Assembly: GCA_964016885.1 (NCBI GenBank)
Contig: OZ024753.1
Location: 24,428,001-24,492,000, forward strand
DNA: 64,000 nucleotides
Reading direction: 5' to 3'
Origin: Eledone cirrhosa
Lineage: Eukaryota
This document shows, in pieces, positions 1 to 15,149 of the stretch (its first letter is position 1; each line of letters begins with the position of its first letter). The translations under genes and the position numbers were made by a program. Below the pieces are notes generated by a model that was not told the DNA's origin, did not search any database, and was given only the letters and a program-made list of their open reading frames with translations.

Positions 1-3000
1 CACTGTATGTAATAGACAGAGGAGTAAAACTGTATGTAACAGACAGAGGATAAACACTGTATGTAACAGACAGAGGACTAACACTGTATGTAACAGACAG
101 TGGACTAACACTGTATGCAACAGACAGAGGACTAACACTGTATGTAACAGACAGAGGACTAACACTGTATGTAACAGACAGAGGACTAACACTGTATGTA
201 ACAGACAGAGGACTAACACTGTATGTAACAGACAAAGGGTTAACACTGTATGTAACAGACAGAGGACTAACACTGTACGTAACAGACAGGGGACTAACAC
301 ATTATGTAACAGACAGAGGAGTAACACTGTATGTAACAGACAGAGGGTTAACTCTGTATGTAACAGAGTACTAACACTGTATGTAACAGACAGAGGACTA
401 GCACTGTATGTAACAGACAGAGGACTGACAATGTATGTAATAGACAGAGGACTAACACTGTATGTAACAGACAGATGGTTAACACTGTATGCAAAAGACA
501 AAGGACTAACACTGTATGTAACTGACAGAGGGTTAACTCTGTATGTAACAGAGTACTAACACTGTATGTAACAGACAGAGGACTAGCACTGTATGTAACA
601 GACAGAGGACTGACAATGTATGTAACAGACAGAGGACTAACAGTGTATGTAACAGGGAGAGGACTAACATTGTATGTAACAGACAGAGAACTCATACTGT
701 ATGTAACAGACAGAGGGTTAACACTGTATGTAACAGACAGAGGACTAACCCTGTATGTAACAGACAGAGGACTAACTGTGTATGTAACAGACAGAGGAAT
801 AACACTGTATGTAACAGACAGAGGACTCATATTGTATGTAATAGACAGAGGTTAACACTGTATGTAACAGACAGAGGACTAACACTGTATGTAACAGACA
901 GAGGACTAACACTGTATGTAACATACAGAGGACTAACACTGTATGTAACAGACAGAGGGATAACACTGTATGTAACAGACAGAAAACTAACACTGTATGT
1001 AACAGACAGAGGACTAAAAGTGTATGTAACAGACAGAGGACTAACACTGTATGTAACAGACAGAGGACTCATATTGTATGTAATAGACAGAGGTTAACAC
1101 TGTATGTAACAGACAGAGGACTAACACTGTATGTAACAGACAGAGGACTAACACTGTATGTAACAGACAGAGGACTAAAACTGTATGTAACAGACAAAGG
1201 ATTACCACTGTATGTAACAAACAGAGGACTAACACTGTGTGCAACAGACAGAGGAGTAACACTGTATGTAACAGACAGAGGATAAACACTGTATGTAACA
1301 GACAGAGGCCTAACATTGTATTCAACAGACAGAGGACTAACACTGTATGTAACAGACAGAGGACTAACACTGTATGTAACAGACAGAGGACTAACACTGT
1401 ATGTAACAGACAGAGGACTAACACTGTATGTAATAGACAGAGGAGTAAAACTGTATGTAACAGACAGAGGATAAACACTGTATGTAACAGACAGAGGACT
1501 AACACTGTATGTAACAGACAGTGGACTAACACTGTATGCAACAGACAGAGGACTAACACTGTATGTAACAGACAGAGGACTAACACTGTATGTAACAGAC
1601 AGAGGACTAACACTGTATGTAACAGACAGAGGACTAACACTGTATGTAACAGACAAAGGGTTAACACTGTATGTAACAGACAGAGGACTAACACTGTACG
1701 TAACAGACAGGGGACTAACACATTATGTAACAGACAGAGGAGTAACACTGTATGTAACAGACAGAGGACTAACACTGTATGTAACAGACAGAGGACTAAA
1801 ACTGTATGTAATAGACAGAGGACTAACACTGTATGTAACAGACAGATGGTTAACACTGTATGCAAAAGACAAAGGATTAACACTGTATGTAACAGACAGA
1901 GGACTAACAGTGTATGTAACAGACAGAGGACTAACACTGTATGCAATAGACAGAGGACGAACACTGTATGCAACAGATAGAGGACTAATATTGTATGTAA
2001 CAGACAGAGGACTAACACTGTATGTCACAGACAGAGGACTAACAGTGTATGTAACAGGGAGAGGACTAACATTGTATGTAACAGACAGAGAACTCATACT
2101 GTATGTAACAGACAGAGGGTTAACACTGTATGTAACAGACAGAGGACTAACCCTGTATGTAACAGACAGAGGACTAACTGTGTATGTAACAGACAGAGGA
2201 ATAACACTGTATGTAACAGACAGAGGACTAACACTGTATGTAACAGACAGAGGACTAACACTGTATGTAACAGACAGAGGACTAACACTGTATGTAACGG
2301 ACAGAGGACGAACACTGTATGCAACAGACAGAGGACTAACACTGTATGTAACAGACAGAGGGATAACACTGTATGTAACAGACAGAGGACTAACACTGTA
2401 TGTAACAGACAGAGGACTAACACTGTATGTAACAGACAGAGGGCTAACACGGTATGTAACAGACAGAGGATTAACACTGTATGTAACAGACTGAGGGCTA
2501 ACACTATGTAACAGGCAGAGGACTAACACTGTATGTAACAGACAGAGGACTAACACTGTATGTAACATACAGAGGACTAACACTGTATGTAACAGACAGA
2601 GGGATAACACTGTATGTAACAGACAGAGGACTAACACTGTATGTAACAGACAGAGGACTAACACTTTATGTAACAGACAGAGGGCTAACACTGTAAGGAA
2701 CAGACAGAGGACTAACACTGTATGTAACAGACAGAGGACTGACCCTGTATGTCACAGACAGAGGACTAAAAGTGTATGTAACAGACAGAGGACTAACACT
2801 GTATGTAACAGACAGAGGACTCATACTGTATGTAACAGACAGAGGGTTAACACTGTATGTAACAGACAGAGGACTAACACTGTATGTAACAGACAGAGGA
2901 CTAAAACTGTATGTAACAGACAAAGGATTACCAATGTATGTAACAAACAGAGGACTAATACTGTGTGCAACAGACAGAGGAGTAACACTGTATGTAACAG

Positions 3001-3229
3001 ACAGAGGATAAACACTGTATGTAATAGACAGAGGAGTAAAACTGTATGTAACAGACAGAGGATAAACACAGTATGTAACAGACAGAGGACTAACACTGTA
3101 TGTAACAGACAGTGGACTAACACTGTATGCAACAGACAGAGGACTAACACTGTATGTAACAGACAGAGGACTAACACTGTATGTAACAGACAGAGGACTA
3201 ACACTGTATGTAACAGACAAAGGGTTAAC

Positions 3230-6200
3230 ACTGTATGTAACAGACAGAGGACTAACACTGTACGTAACAGACAGGGGACTAACACATTATGTAACAGACA
3301 GAGGAGTAACACTGTATGTAACAGACAGAGGACTAACACTGTATGTAACAGACAGAGGACTAAAACTGTATGTAATAGACAGAGGACTAACACTGTATGT
3401 AACAGACAGATGGTTAACACTGTATGCAAAAGACAAAGGATTAACACTGTATGTAACAGACAGAGGACTAACAGTGTATGTAAAAGACAGAGGACTAACA
3501 CTGTATGCAATAGACAGAGGACGAACACTGTATGCAACAGATAGAGGACTAATATTGTATGTAACAGACAGAGGACTGACACTGTATGTCACAGACAGAG
3601 GACTAACAGTGTATGTAACAGGGAGAGGACTAACATTGTATGTAACAGACAGAGAACTCATACTGTATGTAACAGACAGAGGGTTAACACTGTATGTAAC
3701 AGACAGAGGACTAACCCTGTATGTAACAGACAGAGGACTAACTGTGTATGTAACAGACAGAGGAATAACACTGTATGTAACAGACAGAGGACTAACACTG
3801 TATGTAACAGACAGAGGACTAACACTGTATGTAACGGACAGAGGACGAACACTGTATGCAACAGACAGAGGACTAACACTGTATGTAACAGACAGAGGGA
3901 TAACACTGTATGTAACAGACAGAGAACTAACACTGTATGTAACAGACAGAGGACTAACACTGTATGTAACAGACAGAGGGCTAACAATGTATGTAACAGA
4001 CAGAGGATTAACACTGTATGTAACAGACTGAGGGCTAACACTATGTAACAGGCAGAGGACTAACACTGTATGTAACAGACAGAGGGATAACACTGTATGT
4101 AACAGACAGAGGACTAACACTGTATGTAACAGACAGAGGACTAACACTGTATGTAACAGACAGAGGGCTAACATTGTATGGAACAGACAGAGGACTAACA
4201 CTGTATGTAACAGACAGAGGACTGACCCTGTATGTCACAGACAGAGGACTAAAAGTGTATGTAACAGACAGAGGACTAACACTGTATGTAACAGACAGAG
4301 GACTCATACTGTATGTAACAGACAGAGGGTTAACACTGTATGTAACAGACAGAGGACAAACACTGTATGTAACAGACAGAGGACTAACACTGTATGTAAC
4401 AGACAGAGGACTAACACTGTATGTAACAGACAAAGGGTTAACACTGTATGTTACAGACAGAGGACTAACACTGTACGTAACAGACAGGGGACTAACACAT
4501 TATGTAACAGACAGAGGAGTAACACTGTATGTAACAGACAGAGGACTAACACTGTATGTAACAGACAGAGGACTAAAACTGTATGTAATAGACAGAGGAC
4601 TAACACTGTATGTAACAGACAGATGGTTAACACTGTATGCAAAAGACAAAGGATTAACACTGTATGTAACAGACAGAGGACTAACACTGTGTGCAACAGA
4701 CAGAGGAGTAACACTGTATGTAACAGACAGAGGATAAACACTGTATGTAACAGACAGAGGCCTAACATTGTATTCAACAGACAGAGGACTAACAATGTAT
4801 GTAACAGACAGAGGACTAACACTGTATGTAACAGACAGAGGACTAACACTGTATGTAACAGACAGTGGACTAACACTGTATGTAATAGACAGAGGAGTAA
4901 AACTGTATGTAACAGACAGAGGATAAACACTGTATGTAACAGACAGAGGACTAACACTGTATGTAACAGACAGTGGACTAACACTGTATGCAACAGACAG
5001 AGGACTAATACTGTATGTAACAGACAGAGGACTAACACTGTATGTAACAGACAGAGGACTAACCCTGTATGTAACAGACAGAGGACTAACACTGTATGTA
5101 ACAGACAGAGGACTAACACTGTATGTAACAGACAGAGGGTTAACACTGTATGTAACAGACAGAGGACTAACACTGTTCGTAACAGACAAGGGACTAACAC
5201 ATTATGTAACAGACAGAGGAGTAACACTGTATGTAACAGACAGAGGACTAACACTGTATGTAACAGACAGAGGACTAAAACTGTATGTAATAGACAGAGG
5301 ACTAACACTGTATGTAACAGACAGATGGTTAACACTGTATGCAAAAGACAAAGGATTAACACTGTATGTAACAGACAGAGGACTAACAGTGTATGTAAAA
5401 GACAGAGGACTAACACTGTATGCAATATACAGAGGACGAACACTGTATGCAACAGATAGAGGACTAATATTGTATGTAACAGACAGAGGACTGACACTGT
5501 ATGTCACAGACAGAGGACTAACAGTGTATGTAACAGGGAGAGGACTAACATTGTATGTAACAGACAGAGAACTCATACTGTATGTAACAGACAGAGGGTT
5601 AACACTGTATGTAACAGACAGAGGACTAACCCTGTATGTAACAGACAGAGGACTAACTGTGTATGTAACAGACAGAGGAATAACACTGTATGTAACAGAC
5701 AGAGGACTAACACTGTATGTAACAGACAGAGGACTAACACTGTATGTAACGGACAGAGGACGAACACTGTATGCAACAGACAGAGGACTAACACTGTATG
5801 TAACAGACAGAGGGATAACACTGTATGTAACAGACAGAGAACTAACACTGTATGTAACAGACAGAGGACTAACACTGTATGTAACAGACAGAGGGCTAAC
5901 AATGTATGTAACAGACAGAGGATTAACACTGTATGTAACAGACTGAGGGCTAACACTATGTAACAGGCAGAGGACTAACACTGTATGTAACAGACAGAGG
6001 GATAACACTGTATGTAACAGACAGAGGACTAACACTGTATGTAACAGACAGAGGACTAACACTGTATGTAACAGACAGAGGGCTAACATTGTATGGAACA
6101 GACAGAGGACTAACACTGTATGTAACAGACAGAGGACTGACCCTGTATGTCACAGACAGAGGACTAAAAGTGTATGTAACAGACAGAGGACTAACACTGT

Positions 6201-7300
6201 ATGTAACAGACAGAGGACTCATACTGTATGTAACAGACAGAGGGTTAACACTGTATGTAACAGACAGAGGACAAACACTGTATGTAACAGACAGAGGACT
6301 AACACTGTATGTAACAGACAGAGGACTAACACTGTATGTAACAGACAAAGGGTTAACACTGTATGTTACAGACAGAGGACTAACACTGTACGTAACAGAC
6401 AGGGGACTAACACATTATGTAACAGACAGAGGACTAACACTGTATGTAACAGACAGATGGTTAACACTGTATGCAAAAGACAAAGGATTAACACTGTATG
6501 TAACAGACAGAGGACTAACACTGTGTGCAACAGACAGAGGAGTAACACTGTATGTAACAGACAGAGGATAAACACTGTATGTAACAGACAGAGGCCTAAC
6601 ATTGTATTCAACAGACAGAGGACTAACACTGTATGTTACAGACAGAGGACTAACAATGTATGTAACAGACAGAGGACTAACACTGTATGTAACAGACAGA
6701 GGACTAACACTGTATGTAACAGACAGTGGACTAACACTGTATGTAATAGACAGAGGAGTAAAACTGTATGTAACAGACAGAGGATAAACACTGTATGTAA
6801 CAGACAGAGGACTAACACTGTATGTAACAGACAGTGGACTAACACTGTATGCAACAGACAGAGGACTAATACTGTATGTAACAGACAGAGGACTAACACT
6901 GTATGTAACAGACAGAGGACTAACCCTGTATGTAACAGACAGAGGACTAACACTGTATGTAACAGACAGAGGACTAACACTGTATGTAACAGACAGAGGG
7001 TTAACACTGTATGTAACAGACAGAGGACTAACACTGTTCGTAACAGACAAGGGACTAACACATTATGTAACAGACAGAGGAGTAACACTGTATGTAACAG
7101 ACAGAGGACTAACACTGTATGTAACAGACAGAGGACTAAAACTGTATGTAATAGACAGAGGACTAACACTGTATGTAACAGACAGATGGTTAACACTGTA
7201 TGCAAAAGACAAAGGATTAACACTGTATGTAACAGACAGAGGACTAACAGTGTATGTAACAGACAGAGGACTAACACTGTATGCAATAGACAGAGGGCTA
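3230..7300 (+). repeat. Higher-order tandem duplication, period 1915 bp (71 monomers minus 2 bp); related copies at ~1.7-3.2 kb and ~8.2-9.9 kb
   Basis: Matching variant strings and ORF pairs offset by exactly 1915: 3287/5202, 3474/5389, 3658/5573, 4041/5956, 4174/6089. The offset later shifts to 1834-1861 through whole-monomer indels. Confidence 0.85.
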
Positions 7301-10300
7301 ACACTGTATGTAACAGACAGAGGACTAACACTGTATGTAACAGACAGAGGGCTAACACTGTATGTAACAGACAGAGGATTAACACTGTATGTAACAGACT
7401 GAGGGCTAACACTATGTAACAGGCAGAGGACTAACACTATATGTAACAGACAGAGGACTAACACTGTATGTAACATACAGAGGACTAACACTGTATGTAA
7501 CAGACAGAGGGATAAAACTGTATGTAACAGACAGAGGACTAACACTGTATGAAACAGACAGAGGACTAACACTGTATGTAACAGACAGAGGGCTAACACT
7601 GTATGGAACAGACAGAGGACTAACACTGTATGTAACAGACAGAGGACTGACCCTGTATGTCACAGACAGAGGACTAAAAGTGTATGTAACAGACAGAGGA
7701 CTAACACTGTATGTAACAGACAGAGGACTCATACTGTATGTAACAGACAGAGGGTTAACACTGTATGTAACAGACAGAGGACTAACACTGTATGTAACAG
7801 ACAGAGGACTAACACTGTATGTAACAGACAGAGGACTAAAACTGTATGTAACAGACAAAGGATTACCACTGTATGTAACAAACAGAGGACTAATACTGTG
7901 TGCAACAGACAGAGGAGTAACACTGTATGTAACAGACAGAGGATAAACACTGTATGTAATAGACAGAGGAGTAAAACTGTATGTAACAGACAGAGGATAA
8001 ACACAGTATGTAACAGACAGAGGACTAACACTGTATGTAACAGACAGTGGACTAACACTGTATGCAACAGACAGAGGACTAACACTGTATGTAACAGACA
8101 GAGGACTAACACTGTATGTAACAGACAGAGGACTAACACTGTATGTAACAGACAAAGGGTTAACACTGTATGTAACAGACAGAGGACTAACACTGTACGT
8201 AACAGACAGGGGACTAACGCATTATGTAACAGACAGAGGAGTAACACTGTATGTAACAGACAGAGGACTAACACTGTATGTAACAGACAGAGGACTAAAA
8301 CTGTATGTAATAGACAGAGGACTAACACTGTATGTAACAGACAGATGGTTAACACTGTATGCAAAAGACAAAGGATTAACACTGTATGTAACAGACAGAG
8401 GACTAACAGTGTATGTAACAGACAGAGGACTAACACTGTATGCAATAGACAGAGGACGAACACTGTATGCAACAGATAGAGGACTAATATTGTATGTAAC
8501 AGACAGAGGACTGACACTGTATGTCACAGACAGAGGACTAACAGTGTATGTAACAGGGAGAGGACTAACATTGTATGTAACAGACAGAGAACTCATACTG
8601 TATGTAACAGACAGAGGGTTAACACTGTATGTAACAGACAGAGGACTAACCCTGTATGTAACAGGCAGAGGACTAACTGTGTATGTAACAGACAGAGGAA
8701 TAACACTGTATGTAACAGACAGAGGACTAACACTGTATGTAACAGACAGAGGAATAACACTGTATGTAACAGACAGAGGACTAACACTGTATGTAACAGA
8801 CAGAGGGCTAACACTGTATGTAACAGACAGAGGATTAACACTGTATGTAACAGACTGAGGGCTAACACTATGTAACAGGCAGAGGACTAACACTGTATGT
8901 AACAGACAGAGGGATAACACTGTATGTAACAGACAGAGGACTAACACTGTATGTAACAGACAGAGGACTAACACTGTATGTAACAGACAGAGGGCTAACA
9001 CTGTATGGAACAGACAGAGGACTAACACTGTATGTAACAGACAGAGGACTGACCCTGTATGTCACAGACAGAGGACTAAAAGTGTATGTAACAGACAGAG
9101 GACTAACACTGTATGTAACAGACAGAGGACTCATACTGTATGTAACAGACAGAGGGTTAACACTGTATGTAACAGACAGAGGACTAACACTGTATGTAAC
9201 AGACACAGGACTAACACTGTATGTAACAGACAGAGGACTAAAACTGTATGTAACAGACAAAGGATTACCACTGTATGTAACAAACAGAGGACTAACACTG
9301 TGTGCAACAGACAGAGGAGTAACACTGTATGTAACAGACAGAGGATAAACACTGTATGTAACAGACAGAGGCCTAACATTGTATTCAACAGACAGAGGAC
9401 TAACACTGTATGTTACAGACAGAGGACTAACACTGTATGTAACAGACAGAGGACTAACACTGTATGTAATAGACAGAGGAGTAAAACTGTATGTAACAGA
9501 CAGAGGATAAACACTGTATGTAACAGACAGAGGACTAACACTGTATGTAACAGACAGTGGACTAACACTGTATGCAGCAGACAGAGGACTAATACTGTAT
9601 GTAACAGACAGAGGACTAACACTGTATGTAACAGACAGAGGACTAACACTGTATGTAACAGACAGAGGACTAACACTGTATGTAACAGACAGAGGGTTAA
9701 CACTGTATGTAACAGACAGAGGACTAACACTGTTCGTAACAGACAGGGGACTAACACATTATGTAACAGACAGAGGAGTAACACTGTATGTAACAGACAG
9801 AGGACTAACACTGTATGTAACAGACAGAGGACTAAAACTGTATGTATTAGACAGAGGACTAACACTGTATGTAACAGACAGATGGTTAACACTGTATGCA
9901 AAAGACAAAGGATTAACACTGTATGTAACAGACAGAGGACTAACAGTGTATGTAACAGACAGAGGACTGACACTCTATGTCACAGACAGAGGACTAACAG
10001 TGTATGTAACAGACAGAGGACTAACACTGTATGTAACAGACAGAGGACTAACACTGTATGTAACAGACAGAGGGTTAACACTGTATGTAACAGACAGAGG
10101 ACTAACACTGTTCGTAACAGACAGGGGACTAACACATTATGTAACAGACAGAGGAGTAACACTGTATGTAACAGACAGAGGACTAACACTGTATGTAACA
10201 GACAGAGGACGAACACTGTATGCAACAGATAGAGGACTAATATTGTATGTAACAGACAGAGAACTAACACTGTATGTAACAGACAGAGGACTGACACTGT

Positions 10301-10775
10301 ATGTAACAGACAGAGGACTAACACTGTATGTAACAGACAGAGGACTGACACTCTATGTCACAGACAGAGGACTAACAGTGTATGTAACAGACAGAGGACT
10401 AACACTGTATGTAACAGACAGAGGACTCATACTGTATATAACAGACAGAGGGTTAACACTGTATGTAACAGACAGAGGACTACCCCTGTATGTAACAGAC
10501 AGAGGACTAACTGTGTATGTAACAGGCAGAGGACTAACACTGTATGTAACAGACAGAGGACTGACACTGTATGTAACAGACAGTGGACTAACACTGCATG
10601 TAACAGACAGAGGACTAACACTGTATGTAACAGACAGAGGACCAACATTGTATGTAACAGACAGAGGACTAACACTGTATGTAACTGAGGGAGGGTTAAC
10701 TCTGTATGTAACAGAGTACTAACACTGTATGTAACAGACAGAGGACTAACACTGTATGTCACAGACAGAAGACTA

Positions 10776-10836
10776 ACACTGTATGTAACAGACAGCGGTC
10801 TAATAGTGGTAGACCTCTGTCTGTTACATACAGTGT
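10776..10836. other. Inverted repeat with hairpin/cruciform potential: 27-bp arms (10776-10802 and 10810-10836), one mismatch, 7-nt loop
   Basis: Left arm ACACTGTATGTAACAGACAGCGGTCTA versus reverse complement of right arm ACACTGTATGTAACAGACAGAGGTCTA; loop ATAGTGG. Actual structure formation is inference. Confidence 0.85.
10803..10836 (-). repeat. Single inverted segment (34 bp, ~1.25 monomers) inside the array
   Basis: ATAGTGGTAGACCTCTGTCTGTTACATACAGTGT matches the reverse complement of ACACTGTATGTAACAGACAGAGGTCTAACACTGT at 32/34 positions. Flanking monomers are in + orientation. Confidence 0.95.
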
Positions 10837-11964
10837 ATTTAACAGTTAGAGGTCTAACACTGTATGTAACAGACAGAAGACTAACACTGTATGTAACAGA
10901 CAGAAGACTAACACTGTATGTAACAGACAGCGAACTAACACCGTATGTAATAGACAGCGGACTAACACTGTATGTAACAGACAGAGGGCTAAAACTGTAT
11001 GTAACAGACAGCGGACTAACACTCTATATAACACACAGAGGACTAAAACTGTATTTAACAGACACAGGACTGACACTGTATGTTACAGACAGAGGACTAA
11101 CACTGTATGTAACAGACAGAGGACTAACACTATATGTAACAGACAGAGGACTGACACTGTATGTAACAGACAGAGGACTAACACTGTATGTCACAGACAG
11201 AGGAGTAACAGTGTATGTAACAGACAGAGGACTAACACTGTATGCAACAGACAGAGCACTAACCCTGTATGTAACAGAGAGAGGACTAACTGTGTATGTA
11301 ACAGACAGAGGACTAACACTGTATGTAACAGACAGAGGACTGACACTGTATGTAACAGACAGAGGACTAACACTGTATGTAACAGACAGAGGACTAACAC
11401 TGTATGTAACAGACAGCGGACTAACACTGTATGTAACAGACAGAGGACTAACACTGTATGTAACAGACAGAGGACTAACACTGTATGTAACAGACAGAGG
11501 ACTAACACTGTATGTAACAGACAGAGAACTCATACCGTATGTAACAGACAGAGGGTTAACACTGTATGTAACAGACAGAGGACTAACCCTGTATGTAACA
11601 GACAGAGGACTAACTGTGTATGTAACAGACAGAGGAATAACACTGTATGTATCATACAGAGGACTGACACTGTATGTAACAGACAGAGGACTAAAACTGT
11701 ATGTAACAGACAGCGGACTAACACTGTATGTAACAGACAGAGGACTAACACTGTATGCAACAGACAGAGGACTAACACTGTATGTAACAGACAGAGGACG
11801 AACACTGTATGCAACAGACAGAGGACTAACACTGTATGTAACAGACAGAGGACTAACACTGTATGCAACAGACAGAGGACTAACACTGTATGTAACAGAC
11901 AGAGGACTAACACTGTATGTAACAGACAGAGGACTAACACTGTATGCAACAGACAGAGGACTAA

Positions 11965-12400
11965 CACTGTATGCAACAGCCAGAGGACGAACACTGTATG
12001 TAACAGCCAGAGGACTAACACTGTATGTAACAGACAGAGGACTAACACTGTATGTAACAGACAGACGACTAACACTGTATGTAGCGGACAGCGGACTAAC
12101 ACTGTATGTAACAGACAGAGGACTAACACTGTATGTAACAGAGAGAGGACTAACACTGTATGTAACAGACAGAGGACTAACACTGTATGCAACAGCCAGA
12201 GGACGAACACTGTATGTAACAGCCAGAGGACTAACACTGTATGTAACAGACAGAGGACTAACACTGTATGTAACAGACAGACGACTAACACTGTATGTAG
12301 CGGACAGCGGACTAACACTGTATGTAACAGACAGAGGACTAACACTGTATGTAACAGAGAGAGGACTAACACTGTATGTAACAGACAGAGGACTAACACT
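11965..12400 (+). repeat. Tandem duplication of 8 monomers (216 bp)
   Basis: Rare ATGCAACAGCCAGAGGACGAAC occurs at 11971 and 12187, each followed by the same ACAGCCAG, AGACGACT, GTAGCGGACAGCGG and ACAGAGAG variants. Confidence 0.85.
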
Positions 12401-15149
12401 GTATGCAACAGACAGAGGACGAACACTGTATGTAACAGACAGAGGACTAATACTGTATGTAACAGACAGAGGACTAATACTGTATGTAACAGACAGAGGA
12501 CTAACACTGTATGTAACAGACAGAGGACTAACACTGTATGTAACAGACAGCGGACTAACAATGTATGTAACAGACAGAGGACTGACATTGTATGTAACAG
12601 ACAGAGGACTAACACTGTGTGTAACAGACAGAGGGTTAATAGTGTATGTAACAGACACAGGACTAACCCTGTATGTAACAGAGAGAGGACTAACTGTGTA
12701 TGTAACAGACAGAGGACTAACACTGTATGTAACAGACAGAGGACTGACACTGTATGCAACAGACAGAGGACTAATACTGTATGTAACAGACAGAGGACTA
12801 ATACTGTATGTAACAGACAGAGGACTAACACTGTATGTAACAGACAGAGGACTAACACTGTATGTAACAGACAGCGGAATAACAATGTATGTAACAGACA
12901 GAGGACTGACACTGTATGTAACAGACAGAGGACTAACACTGTATGTAACAGACAGAGGACTAACACTGTATGTAACAGACAGAGGGTTAACACTGTATGT
13001 AACAGACAGAGGGTTAACTCTGTATGTAACAGACAGAGGACTAACACGGCATGTAACAGACAGAGGACTAACACTGTATGTAACAGACAGAGGGTTAACT
13101 CTGTATGTAACAGACAGAGGACTAACACGGCATGTAACAGACAGAGGACTAACACTGTATGTAACAGACAGAGGACTAACACTGTATGCAACAGACAGAG
13201 GACGAACACTGTATGTAACAGACAGAGGACTAACATTGTATGTAACAGACAGAGGGCTAACACTGTATCTAACAGACAGAGGGTTAACACTGTATGTATC
13301 AGGCAGAGGACTAACACTGTATGTAACAGACAGAGCAATGACACTGTATGTCACGGACAGAGGACTAACAGTGTATGTAACAGACAGAGGACTAACACTA
13401 TGTAACAGACAGCGGACTCATACTGTATGTAACAGACAGAGGGTTAACACTGTATGTAACAGACAGAGGACTAACCCTGTATGTAACAGACAGAGGACTA
13501 ACTGTGTATGTAACAGACAGAGGACTAACACTGTATGTAACAGACAGAGGACTGACACTGTATGTAACAGACAGAGGACTAACACTGTATGTAACAGACC
13601 GAGGACTAACACTGTATGTAACAGACAGCGGACTAACACTGTATGTAACAGACAGAGGACTAACACTGTATCTAACAGACAGAGGTCTACCTGTGTATGT
13701 AACAGGCAGAGGACTAACACTGTATGTAACAGACAGAGGACTGACACTGTATGTAACAGACAGTGGACTAACACTGCATGTAACAGACAGAGGACTAACA
13801 CTGTATGTAACAGACAGAGGACCAACATTGTATGTAACAGACAGAGGACTAACACTGTATGTAACTGACAGAGGGTTAACTCTGTATGTAACAGAGTACT
13901 AACACTGTATGTAACAGACAGAGGACTAACACTGTATGTAACAGACAGAGGACTGACAATGTATGTAACAGACAGAGGACTAACACTGTATGTAACAGAC
14001 AGAAGACTAACACTGTATGTAACAGACAGAAGACTAACATTGTATGTAACAGACAGCGGACTAACACCGTATGTAACAGACAGCGGACTAACACTGTATG
14101 TAACAGACAGAGGGCTAAAACTGTATGTAACAGACAGCGGACTAACACTCTATATAACAGACAGAGGACTAAAACGGTATTTAACAGACACAGGACTAAC
14201 CCTGTATGTAACAGAGAGAGGACTAACTGTGTATGTAACAGACAGAGGACTAACACTGTATGTAACAGACAGAGGACTGACACTGTATGTAACAGACAGA
14301 GGACTAACACTGTATGTAACAGACAGAGGACTAACACTGTATGTAACAGACAGCGGACTAACACTGTATGTAACAGACAGAGGACTAACACTGTATGTAA
14401 CAGACAGAGGACTAACACTGTATGTAACAGACAGGGAACTCATACCGTATGTAACAGACAGAGGGTTAACACTGTATGTAACAGACAGAGGACTAACCCT
14501 GTATGTAACAGACAGAGGACTAACTGTGTATGTAACAGACAGAGGAATAACACTGTATGTAACATACAGAGGACTGACACTGTATGTAACAGACAGAGGA
14601 CTAAAACTGTATGTAACAGACAGCGGACTAACACTGTATGTAACAGACAGAGGACTAACACTGTATGCAACAGACAGAGGACTAACACTGTATGTAACAG
14701 ACAGAGGACGAACACTGTATGCAACAGACAGAGGACTAACACTGTATGCAACAGACAGAGGACTAACACTGTATGTAACAGACAGAGGACTAACACTGTA
14801 TGTAACAGACAGAGGACTAACACTGTATGCAACAGACAGAGGACTAACACTGTATGTAACAGCCAGAGGACGAACACTGTATGTAACAGACAGAGGACTA
14901 ACACTGTATGTAACAGACAGAGGACTAACACTGTATGTAAGAGACAGACGACTAACACTGTATGTAGCGGACAGCGGACTAACACTGTATGTAACAGACA
15001 GAGGACTAACACTGTATGTAACAGAGAGAGGACTAACACTGTATGTAACAGACAGAGGACTAACAATGTATGCAACAGACAGAGGACGAACACTGTATGT
15101 AACAGACAGAGGACTAATACTGTATGTAACAGACAGAGGACTAATACTG

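Noticed and set aside
10801-10850. Possible foreign insertion or transposon footprint at the irregular site
   Set aside because: The sequence is fully explained as inverted satellite plus a few substitutions. There is no target-site duplication and no net length change. The ORF starting at 10806 is incidental.
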